From contig OY771555.1 of NCBI GenBank assembly GCA_963674785.1, positions 864,001 to 928,000 of the forward strand: a DNA stretch of 64,000 nucleotides, in the 5' to 3' direction. The position numbers were made by a program, and so were the translations under genes. The DNA is from Caldisericia bacterium (GTDB lineage: Bacteria > Caldisericota > Caldisericia > JAAYUI01). Under the pieces are notes generated by a model, which did no database searches, was not told the origin of the DNA, and saw nothing but the letters and a program-made list of their open reading frames with translations. Shown piece by piece: positions 42,568-51,799 of this stretch. Within the stretch, counting starts at the first letter, position 1; every line of letters starts with the position of its first letter.

Positions 42568-43404
42568 ATGGGCGTAGTAAGTATGAAGCAGTTGCTTGAG
42601 GCTGGAGTTCATTTCGGACATCAGACAAAGCGTTGGAACCCGAAGATGAGACAGTTCATCTTCACAGCAAGAAATGGTATCCACATAGTTGATCTTAGAA
42701 TTACCGCAGAAAAAGCAGAAAATGCCTATGCTGCAGTAAAGAAGATCGCTCAGGGTGGCGGAAACATTATCTTTGTTGGAACAAAAAAACAGGCTCAAGA
42801 TCTTGTTGCAGAAGAAGCAAAAAGATGCGGCGCACATTATGTTAACCAGAGATGGTTTGGTGGAACACTCACTAACTTTGTAACAATCCATCAGAGAATT
42901 CTCAAACTTCGTGAACTTGAAGAAAAAGAGATCACAGGAGAGCTTAGCAGACTTTCAGTAAGAGATCAGGCAAAACAGAAGAAGCTTAAAGAGAAACTCT
43001 CAAAATTTATCGGCGGACTTAAGCACATGGATGTTCTACCTGAGGCAATTTTTGTAACAGACACAATCAAAGACCACGCAGCTGTAACAGAGGCAAACAA
43101 ACTTGGAATTCCTGTAGTTGCAATCGTTGATACAAATTGCAATCCAGAGCCAGTTGACCTGCCAATCCCAGGAAACGACGATGCAATTAGATCAATCAGA
43201 TTCTTCACACATCTCATTTCAAGCGCAATGGTAGAAGGAAGAGAAGGTGTTGACCTCGAGGCTCCAAAAACTGAAGCCGAGAGTTCTGAAGAGACACCAG
43301 AGGTTGTTGAAGCAACTGAAGCCAGTATTGAAGAGATTGTTGATGAAGCTGTAACTTCAATCGCTGAGGAAAACTCAGAAGAAACAAATAAGGAGAATGA
43401 ATAA
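42568..43404 (+). CDS. rpsB: 30S ribosomal protein S2
   Basis: LLEAGVHFGHQTKRWNPKM and PGNDDAIRS motifs. Confidence 0.98.
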   Translation: MGVVSMKQLLEAGVHFGHQTKRWNPKMRQFIFTARNGIHIVDLRITAEKAENAYAAVKKIAQGGGNIIFVGTKKQAQDLVAEEAKRCGAHYVNQRWFGGTLTNFVTIHQRILKLRELEEKEITGELSRLSVRDQAKQKKLKEKLSKFIGGLKHMDVLPEAIFVTDTIKDHAAVTEANKLGIPVVAIVDTNCNPEPVDLPIPGNDDAIRSIRFFTHLISSAMVEGREGVDLEAPKTEAESSEETPEVVEATEASIEEIVDEAVTSIAEENSEETNKENE

Positions 43405-43406
43405 TA

Positions 43407-44261
43407 ATGGGTCTTCTTGAAAACATAAAAACACTTAGGGAGCGTACACAGGCTCCAATGATGGATTGTAAAAAAGCTTTAGCAGAAGCCGGCAATGATG
43501 TCGAAAAAGCAATCGACATTTTGAGAGAAAAAGGAATTGCAAAAGCTTCAAAAAAAGCAGGTCGTGAAACAACCGAAGGAAGAATCGGTCTTGCAGTAGC
43601 TCCAGATCTCAAAAAAGCAGTTCTTGTAAAGCTTGCATGCGAAACAGACTTTGTTGCCAAAAATGAAGATTTTGTAAATCTTTCAGAAGAGCTTTCAAAG
43701 CTTGCCCTTGAAAAGGGAGTTGCTTCAACAGAAGAACTTATGAGTGCAGACATCAATGGTGAAACCGTTGAGCAGTATGTCAAAGCAGCCATTGGCAAAG
43801 TTGGCGAAAATATCAATGTTGCTGGTGTTGAAGTCTTCAATGCTGACAAAGGTGTCATTGATGCATATAGACATATGGGCAGCAAATTAGTTGTAATGGT
43901 TGAGGTAGCATCAGATTCAGACAGCAAAGACAAACTCACCTCTCTTGGTCACGAACTTGCGATGCAGATTGCAATCGACAACCCAGATTACATCCATTCA
44001 GATGAGATTCCTGCAGATGTTGTTGAGCGTGAGAGAAAAGTTATCTCAGAATCAGAGGAGCTTGCAGGAAAGCCAGAGAATGTTAAAGAAAGAATTGTCG
44101 ATGGAAAAATCAAGGCATTCTTTAAAACCTGCTGTCTTCTTGACCTCCCATACATGAGAGAGTCAAAGAAGCTCATCTCAGAGGTTGTTGCCGACCTCGA
44201 AAAAGAACTTGGAAACAAAGTTGATGTTGTCAAGTTCAAAAGAGTTTCAATAGGTAAGTAA
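43407..44261 (+). CDS. tsf: Elongation factor Ts
   Basis: LRERT..MMDCKKAL and ETDFVAKN motifs. Confidence 0.97.
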   Translation: MGLLENIKTLRERTQAPMMDCKKALAEAGNDVEKAIDILREKGIAKASKKAGRETTEGRIGLAVAPDLKKAVLVKLACETDFVAKNEDFVNLSEELSKLALEKGVASTEELMSADINGETVEQYVKAAIGKVGENINVAGVEVFNADKGVIDAYRHMGSKLVVMVEVASDSDSKDKLTSLGHELAMQIAIDNPDYIHSDEIPADVVERERKVISESEELAGKPENVKERIVDGKIKAFFKTCCLLDLPYMRESKKLISEVVADLEKELGNKVDVVKFKRVSIGK

Positions 44262-44263
44262 TT

Positions 44264-45010
44264 ATGGATCAAACGGGTGAGGGTGGTAGGCGTAAGTTTA
44301 AGCGGATTCTACTGAAACTTTCTGGGGAGTCACTTCTCGGAAACAAAGACTTCGGTGTTGATGTAGAGTTCATAACTTCGATTGCGAAAGTCCTCACCCG
44401 ACTTAGCAGTGACGGTACCGAGATTGCTGTTGTTGTTGGTGGTGGTAATATATGGCGCGGTGCAAATGGTGTCGCCCTTGGAATGGATCAGGTCACCGCA
44501 GACTATATGGGTATGATTGCAACCATTATGAATGGTCTTGCTCTTCAAACAGCAATCGAAACTCAGGGTGTACCAACAAGGCTTCAAACAGCGATTGCAA
44601 TGCATGAGGTCGCAGAACCCTATATTCAGAGAAAAGCGATCAGACATCTTGAGAAAGGTCGAATCGTAATCTTCTCTGCAGGTACTGGTAACCCATTTTT
44701 CACAACAGACACAGCAGCAGCGTTGAGGGCTGCTGAAATTGGGGCAGACTGTCTTTTGAAAGCCACAAAAACAGATGGTGTCTATACCGGTGACCCGGAA
44801 AAAGACCCAAATTCAAAGCTCATTAAAAATCTCACTTACACAGAGGTGTTATCAAAGAATTTAAGAGTGATTGATGGAGCTGCAGTTTCAATTTGTAGGG
44901 ACAACGAAATCCCAATCATAGTTTTCTCAATTACTGACCCTGGAAATATTATCAAGGTTTGTAATGGCGAAGACATTGGATCACTCGTAGAAGGAGGAAA
45001 AAATGGATAA
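44264..45010 (+). CDS. pyrH: UMP kinase
   Basis: LLKLSGE, GGGNIWRG and GNPFFTTDTAAALRA motifs. Confidence 0.98.
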   Translation: MDQTGEGGRRKFKRILLKLSGESLLGNKDFGVDVEFITSIAKVLTRLSSDGTEIAVVVGGGNIWRGANGVALGMDQVTADYMGMIATIMNGLALQTAIETQGVPTRLQTAIAMHEVAEPYIQRKAIRHLEKGRIVIFSAGTGNPFFTTDTAAALRAAEIGADCLLKATKTDGVYTGDPEKDPNSKLIKNLTYTEVLSKNLRVIDGAAVSICRDNEIPIIVFSITDPGNIIKVCNGEDIGSLVEGGKNG

Positions 45011-45554
45011 GAATAAAATTAAGACAAGAATGGAAAAAACATTATCTTCACTTCAGGAACAGCTGATGGGTTTAAGAGCTGGAAATGTCACCCCTTCACT
45101 TGTGAACAAGGTTGTGGTTGATGCCTATGGCTCAAAAATGCCCCTTAATCAGCTTGCAAATATTGGAGCAACAGCTGATGGAAAAACCATCATGGTTGAC
45201 CCGTGGGACAAAACTGTACTAAAAGACATCATGAAAGCACTTCAGAGTGCAAACCTTGGTGCAAACCCAATTTCTGATGGTGCACTCATCAGACTTCCTT
45301 TCCCTCCACTTTCTGCAGAACGCAGAAATGAGCTTGTAAAGATGGTTGAAAAGTTTGGTGAAGAAGGAAAGATCTCAATCAGAAATATCCGTCGTGATGA
45401 AATCACAGCAGAAAAAAAACTTGAAAAAGACGGTGAGATTTCTGAGGATGACCTCAAGAAAAACCAGTCAGTAATTCAAGACATCACCGATGAGTACACA
45501 AAAAAAATTGACAGTGTGATTACTGCCAAGAAGAAGGATATCTTAGATTCTTGA
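45003..45554 (+). CDS. frr: Ribosome recycling factor
   Basis: YGSKMPLNQLA, PPLSAERR and IRNIRRD motifs. Confidence 0.97.
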   Translation: MDKNKIKTRMEKTLSSLQEQLMGLRAGNVTPSLVNKVVVDAYGSKMPLNQLANIGATADGKTIMVDPWDKTVLKDIMKALQSANLGANPISDGALIRLPFPPLSAERRNELVKMVEKFGEEGKISIRNIRRDEITAEKKLEKDGEISEDDLKKNQSVIQDITDEYTKKIDSVITAKKKDILDS

Positions 45555-46255
45555 CAGAGACTGAGCGAACCATTCCAAAGCATATTGCCATCATCATGGA
45601 TGGTAATGGAAGGTGGGCAAAAAAAAGAGGTTTACCACGTGTTGAGGGTCACAGACGTGGTGTTACGAGTGTCAGAAAAACTGTTGAGGAGTGTGCGAGG
45701 CTTGGTGTTGAGGTCTTGACCCTCTATGCTTTTTCAACTGAGAATTGGAAACGGCCATCTTTTGAGGTGAGGTTTCTAATGGATACTTTTCTTTCAACCC
45801 TTTTTTCAGAACGACCATTGATAATGGATAATAATATCAGGTTTAAGCTCATTGGGGAACGTGAAGGACTTGAAAGAAAGCTTGTTATCACCTCAAAAAA
45901 ACTTGAAGAAGATTCAAGTGGAAATACTGGGATGTGGTTGGTTTTGGCAATCAACTACGGTGGTCGATCTGAGTTGACATATGCTTTTAAGAAAATGGTT
46001 GAAGATGGGATAAAACCCGAGGAGATCACACAGGAGAGAATCACAGAAAATCTTTACACAAAAGACCTACCAGATCCAGATATGATTGTGAGAACATCTG
46101 GCGAAAGTCGTCTTTCTAATTTTCTGATTTGGCAATCTGCGTATTCTGAATTAATATTTATTGATAAGTATTGGCCAGATTTCAGAGAGAGCGATTTGAT
46201 GGAAGTGATCGATATTTTTAACAACAGAACAAGAAGATTTGGAGGAATAAAATGA
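45551..46255 (+). CDS. uppS: Isoprenyl (undecaprenyl diphosphate) synthase
   Basis: HIAIIMDGNGRWA, YAFSTENWKRP and RTSGESRLSNFL motifs. Confidence 0.97.
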   Translation: MTETERTIPKHIAIIMDGNGRWAKKRGLPRVEGHRRGVTSVRKTVEECARLGVEVLTLYAFSTENWKRPSFEVRFLMDTFLSTLFSERPLIMDNNIRFKLIGEREGLERKLVITSKKLEEDSSGNTGMWLVLAINYGGRSELTYAFKKMVEDGIKPEEITQERITENLYTKDLPDPDMIVRTSGESRLSNFLIWQSAYSELIFIDKYWPDFRESDLMEVIDIFNNRTRRFGGIK

Positions 46256-47133
46256 ATTTAAAGCGTGTGATAGCAGCGGTTATTTTGATTCCGATTGTGC
46301 TTCTTGTGACAATTTTTGGATCTGTTAATCACTATCCATGGTTATTTTTAGTGTTTCTGATTTTAATTTCAACAGTTGGTGTTCTTGAAGGAGTTAAGAT
46401 TGCAAAAAAGGCTGGATATAAAACAAACGTTTTGATACTAGTTTTATCAAACATAACACTCCAAGTATTCATGTATTTTCCACATTTGAGAGCAGAAATA
46501 CTTTTCCTTATATTTGCATTGTTCATGGTACTTTTTGTTCTCGAGATTTTCAGAGGAAAACCTTCTGGTGCCATTGGAAGAATTGGTGCGTCTCTACTGA
46601 TATTTGGAATCGGTGGATTGTTTTCGCTTTTTACGTTATTACAAAAAACCCAGATTGTTGATGATGGCACAATCAACATTGGATTCAGGTTATTGATAAC
46701 TCTTTTTGCTGGTGTGTGGTCGTTTGATATTTTCTCATATTATGGCGGAAAATTCGCCGGCAGACACAAACTCGCACCATCTGTTTCACCAGGTAAAACC
46801 TGGGAAGGACTTATTATTGGAACAATAATCGGGTGGGTTGTTTTTGTTATTGCCGGACAATATTTGATTTTGAACTTCCTTGATGATGTAACTCTGGCTC
46901 ACACAAAACTGAGCCTTGTTCATATGATAATTGCCGGTGGAGTTGTTGTGTTGTTCTCGCTGCTTGGTGATCTGTCCGAGTCGATCTTAAAAAGATCGGC
47001 TAGTGTAAAGGATTCATCAAAGCTTATTATGGGACATGGTGGAATTTTAGATAGAATGGACTCATTGCTTTTTGCAGTCCCCGCTTTTTTATTCTATCTT
47101 ATGTTCTTTATCGATAAGCTGTTCATCGTATGA
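46252..47133 (+). CDS. cdsA: Phosphatidate cytidylyltransferase
   Basis: SPGKTWEG and GDLSESILKR..KDS..GHGGILDRMD motifs. Confidence 0.96.
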   Translation: MNLKRVIAAVILIPIVLLVTIFGSVNHYPWLFLVFLILISTVGVLEGVKIAKKAGYKTNVLILVLSNITLQVFMYFPHLRAEILFLIFALFMVLFVLEIFRGKPSGAIGRIGASLLIFGIGGLFSLFTLLQKTQIVDDGTINIGFRLLITLFAGVWSFDIFSYYGGKFAGRHKLAPSVSPGKTWEGLIIGTIIGWVVFVIAGQYLILNFLDDVTLAHTKLSLVHMIIAGGVVVLFSLLGDLSESILKRSASVKDSSKLIMGHGGILDRMDSLLFAVPAFLFYLMFFIDKLFIV

Positions 47134-48275
47134 AGCGCATAGCAATAATCGGTTCAACGGGTTCAATTGGAACCCAGACGCTTGAGATTGTCAGGAAAAA
47201 TTTCTCTGACTTTAGGATTATTGCACTTGCAGCTGGATCAAATTTTGTGGCACTATCTAAACAGGCGGAAGAGTTTGGCGTAAAAACAGTATGCTTACAC
47301 GACCCTGAAGCAGCTGCAAAAATGAGAATAATCGCATCTGATGTCACAGTTCTTGCAGGTGATGATGGGCTTTCTGAGATTGCTGCTATGGATATCGATC
47401 TTTTGCTTGTTGCAGGCAACGGCATTGCGACTGTCCCTCCCGTTTACATAGCACTTTCACGTGGCATAAAAGTTGCGCTTGCAACAAAAGAAGCGGTGGT
47501 TTGTGCAGCACACATCATGCCCGAAAACTCAATGTCTGAGCTTGTTATCCCGGTTGACTCAGAGCCGTCTGCAATTTATCAGTGTTTAGTTGGTGAAGAT
47601 AAATTCAGAATCCGCGAGTTGATTCTAACTGCATCTGGTGGCCCATTTTTTTCAAAGGGTGCGACCTGGTCACAGCTTGTAAATGTCAGACCAAATGATG
47701 CCCTGAAGCATCCCAGATGGAATATGGGGAAAAAGGTCAGCATTGATTCAGCTACTCTTGTTAACAAAGGGCTTGAACTCATCGAGATTTCAAAAATGTT
47801 TGATATTGACCCAGACAAGATTCGAGTGATGTTGCATCCCCAGGCGTTGATTCACTCCGGTGTGGTATTTGTTGATGGGTCTACAAAATTTCAAGTAAGT
47901 CAGCCAAACATGAAGTATCCAATATCATATGCGCTTTACCATCCATCAAGGCATATGAATGATATGCCGGGCGTCAAATTTCCAGCCCAGTTCCAGATGG
48001 ATGACATACCTGAGAAGGTAAGCAGACCAATAATGCTTGCAAGAGCGGCTGTTAAAAAAGGTGCAGCTGCCCAGATTGCTTATGCTGCAGCTGATGAATG
48101 GGCAGTAAGGGCATTCCTGAATATGGAGATTCCATTTCATCTGATACCTGAGGTGATTGCAAAGACAATGAATATCATGTCTGAACATACTGATGTTTCA
48201 TCTGTAGGTAGAGTGATGGAATTTTACAATAACTGTTATAAAGAAGCGGGATTGATTGGAAGGAGAATATGGTAA
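47130..48275 (+). CDS. dxr: 1-deoxy-D-xylulose 5-phosphate reductoisomerase
   Basis: GSTGSIGTQ, PVDSE, LTASGGPF and HPRWNMGKKVSIDSA motifs. Confidence 0.96.
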   Translation: MKRIAIIGSTGSIGTQTLEIVRKNFSDFRIIALAAGSNFVALSKQAEEFGVKTVCLHDPEAAAKMRIIASDVTVLAGDDGLSEIAAMDIDLLLVAGNGIATVPPVYIALSRGIKVALATKEAVVCAAHIMPENSMSELVIPVDSEPSAIYQCLVGEDKFRIRELILTASGGPFFSKGATWSQLVNVRPNDALKHPRWNMGKKVSIDSATLVNKGLELIEISKMFDIDPDKIRVMLHPQALIHSGVVFVDGSTKFQVSQPNMKYPISYALYHPSRHMNDMPGVKFPAQFQMDDIPEKVSRPIMLARAAVKKGAAAQIAYAAADEWAVRAFLNMEIPFHLIPEVIAKTMNIMSEHTDVSSVGRVMEFYNNCYKEAGLIGRRIW

Positions 48276-49612
48276 TTATTTCGACAATTTTGAACATTAT
48301 CTACGCGATTTTGATTTTGGGTGTTTTAGTTTTGGTTCATGAGCTTGGACATTTTATTGCAGCAAGATCAATAGGATTACCAGTAATAACTTTTTCTGTT
48401 GGTATGGGGCCAGCAGTCAAAAAATGGAAATGGGCAAGATTTGGAGACACAGAGTTTAGAATTTCAGCAGTTCCATTTGGTGGTTATTGTATGGTCTTGG
48501 GTGAAGAGGAAGATGTTGCCGAGGGAGACACATTCTGGGGTAAAACTCCTTGGCAGAGAATATGGTACACATCCGCTGGAGTCTTGTTCAACTTTATCCT
48601 TGCGATCATAGTTTTTATGGGAGTTTTTGCAACAGTTGGACCAAGTTATCCGGTAATGGAAACAAACCAGATAAAGTTCGCATATCCCCAGATGCCTGCA
48701 GATAAAGCTGGAATCAAAGATGCTGATAGGATTTTGATGGTAGATGATCAGTATATTTTCGAATATAGTCAAATGGCAACCATTGTAAACGATAGCGCAG
48801 GAGAAGAACTTGATTTTGTTGTTGGATCAAGAGTAAAAGAAAAAACTGAAGTAAGTGTTAACCAAAGTGATATCGTTACCATCAATCTTGATGATGAGAT
48901 GTTGGTTTCTGAACTTGAACTTGGCGTGGATACAACACGTGCATTTATAGTTGAAATTGATGGCAAGCTATATCCTCTTGAAAAATTGGATATAGTTAAC
49001 GGAGAAAAAGTCCCAAGATTAGATGACGACCTGAAAAGTATCAACTGGGTTGAAGTTGACTCAATTTTTGCTGATAGTAACGAGCTAAGCCTTGTGTTTT
49101 CGGAATCAATTGAGATAAGAGATGTAAAGATTACTCCGAAAGAATCTATCCAACAAAAGCCTGATGGAACAGAGCAAAAAGTTGGTCTTGTTGGTGTCAA
49201 TCCTTGGTCGGTAAGAGTAAGGGTTGGAATCCTCGATGCTATCAAGCTTGCTTTTGTTGGTTTCTGGAATCTTATGCTTGCCCTTTGGGGTTTTATTGTT
49301 GGACTCTTTAAAGGAAGAACCGATGGGGTTGGTGGACCTGTTGCAATCTTTAAGATGACAAGCACCATGGTAAGATACGGTCTTGCAGATGTTTTGGAGT
49401 TTGCAGCACTTCTTTCCGTAAATCTTGGATTTATCAATCTGCTACCATTCCCAGGGCTTGATGGAGCGCATATCCTGACAGGGCTGTTTGAAGGGATCAC
49501 AGGCATCAAAATTAATCGAAATGCGCTTAACGTTGTAAATTATGTTGGCTTCTTGCTTCTGATGGGCCTGATGGTTTTGATTGTCGTAAGAGATGTGCTC
49601 AACTTCTTCTGA
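48269..49612 (+). CDS. rseP: RIP metalloprotease RseP
   Basis: HELGH, PDZ region and NLLPFPGLDG motif. Confidence 0.93.
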   Translation: MVIISTILNIIYAILILGVLVLVHELGHFIAARSIGLPVITFSVGMGPAVKKWKWARFGDTEFRISAVPFGGYCMVLGEEEDVAEGDTFWGKTPWQRIWYTSAGVLFNFILAIIVFMGVFATVGPSYPVMETNQIKFAYPQMPADKAGIKDADRILMVDDQYIFEYSQMATIVNDSAGEELDFVVGSRVKEKTEVSVNQSDIVTINLDDEMLVSELELGVDTTRAFIVEIDGKLYPLEKLDIVNGEKVPRLDDDLKSINWVEVDSIFADSNELSLVFSESIEIRDVKITPKESIQQKPDGTEQKVGLVGVNPWSVRVRVGILDAIKLAFVGFWNLMLALWGFIVGLFKGRTDGVGGPVAIFKMTSTMVRYGLADVLEFAALLSVNLGFINLLPFPGLDGAHILTGLFEGITGIKINRNALNVVNYVGFLLLMGLMVLIVVRDVLNFF

Positions 49613-50705
49613 TATTAAGATTAAAGTAAACATTGGTGGCGTGGTAATCGGGGGTGGAGCCCCGGTTGCCGTGCAGTCAATGACCAATACAGATACACAT
49701 GATGTAAAAGCAACGCTTTCGCAGATTCATAGGTTGGTTGATGTTGGCTGTGAGATTGTCAGGTGTGCGGTACCTGACATGGAGGCGATTCCATCCTTAA
49801 AGGAGATTGTTAAAGAGTCGCCCATACCTGTGGTTGCAGATGTTCATTTTGATGCTAGAATTGCTCTTGCATCGATCGAGGCTGGTTGTGCGAAACTTCG
49901 TATAAACCCCGGAAACATCAAAGATCGTGCAAAGATAAAAGAGATAGCCGAGGAGGCTCGAAGTGAGAATGTTACTGTAAGAGTTGGTGCAAATTCAGGG
50001 TCACTTGGTAGTGGCACGGAAAGCATGGCAGAACGGTTGGTGGATTCTGCACTCAAACAGGCGCAAATTCTCATGGATTGTGGGTTATCTCAAGTTGTCC
50101 TATCAGTCAAATCATCAGACATAAATGACACAATCTCGGCGAATAGAATTTTGGCGAAGAAAACAAAATTCCCGATACATTTGGGTCTTACAGAATCCGG
50201 TTCCCTGGTTTCAGGACTTGTCCGTTCTACCACAGCTCTTGCTCCACTCCTTTCGGATGGAATAGGAGATACGCTTCGAGTATCACTTACAGCTGACCCT
50301 GTGCTTGAGGTAAAGGCTGCCTGGTCTATCCTTGAGGTGGCAGGAAGAAGAAAAGAGTTCCCAACAATAATATCCTGCCCTACATGTGGTAGGACACATG
50401 GGGATCTACTTGCTGTCCTTGAGAAAGTTGAGAAAGCACTTGCAGGAATTACGGGAATTACTGTTGCCGTGATGGGGTGTGAAGTCAACGGACCAGGTGA
50501 GGCAAAGTCTGCTGATTGTGGTTTGGCGCTTGGAGCGAGTAAAGTTGTTGTCTTTGCAAAAGGCGAACTCATAGGTGCTTATAAAACTGAGGAAGAAGCA
50601 GTGGACATACTTGCAGATTATGCAAGGAGGAATTTTGAACAAAAAAGAGAAATTATACATAGTGGGCGCGAAACTGCAGGAGGACGACCAGAGAGAGGCT
50701 CTTGA
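49593..50705 (+). CDS. ispG: HMBPP synthase IspG
   Basis: VQSMTNT, RINPGN, GIGDTLRVSL, SCPTCGR and MGCEVNGPGE motifs. Confidence 0.96.
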   Translation: MCSTSSDIKIKVNIGGVVIGGGAPVAVQSMTNTDTHDVKATLSQIHRLVDVGCEIVRCAVPDMEAIPSLKEIVKESPIPVVADVHFDARIALASIEAGCAKLRINPGNIKDRAKIKEIAEEARSENVTVRVGANSGSLGSGTESMAERLVDSALKQAQILMDCGLSQVVLSVKSSDINDTISANRILAKKTKFPIHLGLTESGSLVSGLVRSTTALAPLLSDGIGDTLRVSLTADPVLEVKAAWSILEVAGRRKEFPTIISCPTCGRTHGDLLAVLEKVEKALAGITGITVAVMGCEVNGPGEAKSADCGLALGASKVVVFAKGELIGAYKTEEEAVDILADYARRNFEQKREIIHSGRETAGGRPERGS

Positions 50706-51726
50706 GTCGTTTAAGGAGTTATCGGGGTTAATTGCAACTCTAGGTGCAGATGTTGTTGGCAGGAATTTCCAAGTCATAAAAAAGGTCTCGAAATCACATC
50801 TTTTTGGTAAGGGAAAAGTTGAGGAGATAAAGGAAAAGGCGAGTGAGACAAAAGCTGATCGAATTGTTTTTGATTATTATCTGACTCCACTCCAAAGCCG
50901 AAATCTTGAAGAATCACTTAAAAGACCGGTTATTGATAGAGCCGGAATAATCATTGAAGTGTTTGCAAAACATGCAAGCACAAGCGAGGGCAAGCTTCAA
51001 GTAGAACTTGCCCAGTTGAAGTATAAACTACCAAGACTTACTGACAGAAATATGAGATATGACCAGCAAACTGGAGGTGGCGGTTCTGCTTACCTCAGAG
51101 GTGCTGGTGAAACCAAAAAAGAACTTCTATATAGGAGAATCAGACAGAATATCAGAAACCTCAGAAAAAGGCTTGATAAGATAAAAAAGCACAGACAGAC
51201 TCAGGCAAAGCTTAGGGACAGGTTAAAAATGCCTATTGTTTCTCTGGTTGGGTACACAAATGCTGGTAAATCAACACTTCTTTCTGCTCTTACTGGTGCT
51301 GACATCTTGATTCAGAATAAGCTCTTTTCAACTCTGGATACAACGGTTAGAAAAAGGTATTATGATGGACAGAACATCCTTTTTGCTGACACGGTAGGTT
51401 TTATCAGAAATCTCCCTGTTGAGCTTGTAGCAGCGTTCAGATCAACGCTTGAAGAGGTGCTTTCGGGCTGGCTTCTTCTGGTTGTTTTCGATGTGAGTAA
51501 TCCAGATTGGAAAAAACATCTTGAGGTTGTTGAAATAATCCTTGATGATCTTGGAGCAACACACATACCTAAATTGTATGTAGGTAATAAGGTTGATAAA
51601 GTAGATGATGAGGTAAAAAACGAGATACTTGAGGAAATTCCTGATGTGAGGTTCATCAGTGCTAGCGATAAGATCGGGACGGATGAACTTCTCGAGGGTA
51701 TTTCAGAGACTTTAAGAAATCTTTAG
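50635..51726 (+). CDS. hflX: GTPase HflX
   Basis: GGAGG RBS then TTG at 50635; EGKLQVELAQL, GYTNAGKSTL, LFSTLD and DTVGFI motifs. Confidence 0.95.
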   Translation: MNKKEKLYIVGAKLQEDDQREALESFKELSGLIATLGADVVGRNFQVIKKVSKSHLFGKGKVEEIKEKASETKADRIVFDYYLTPLQSRNLEESLKRPVIDRAGIIIEVFAKHASTSEGKLQVELAQLKYKLPRLTDRNMRYDQQTGGGGSAYLRGAGETKKELLYRRIRQNIRNLRKRLDKIKKHRQTQAKLRDRLKMPIVSLVGYTNAGKSTLLSALTGADILIQNKLFSTLDTTVRKRYYDGQNILFADTVGFIRNLPVELVAAFRSTLEEVLSGWLLLVVFDVSNPDWKKHLEVVEIILDDLGATHIPKLYVGNKVDKVDDEVKNEILEEIPDVRFISASDKIGTDELLEGISETLRNL

Positions 51727-51799
51727 TCAAATGGTATCTTTGCTGTGATTGAAAACATCGGTTACAGCGTGTACATTTGTACTAAATGAGGTGGAAATT

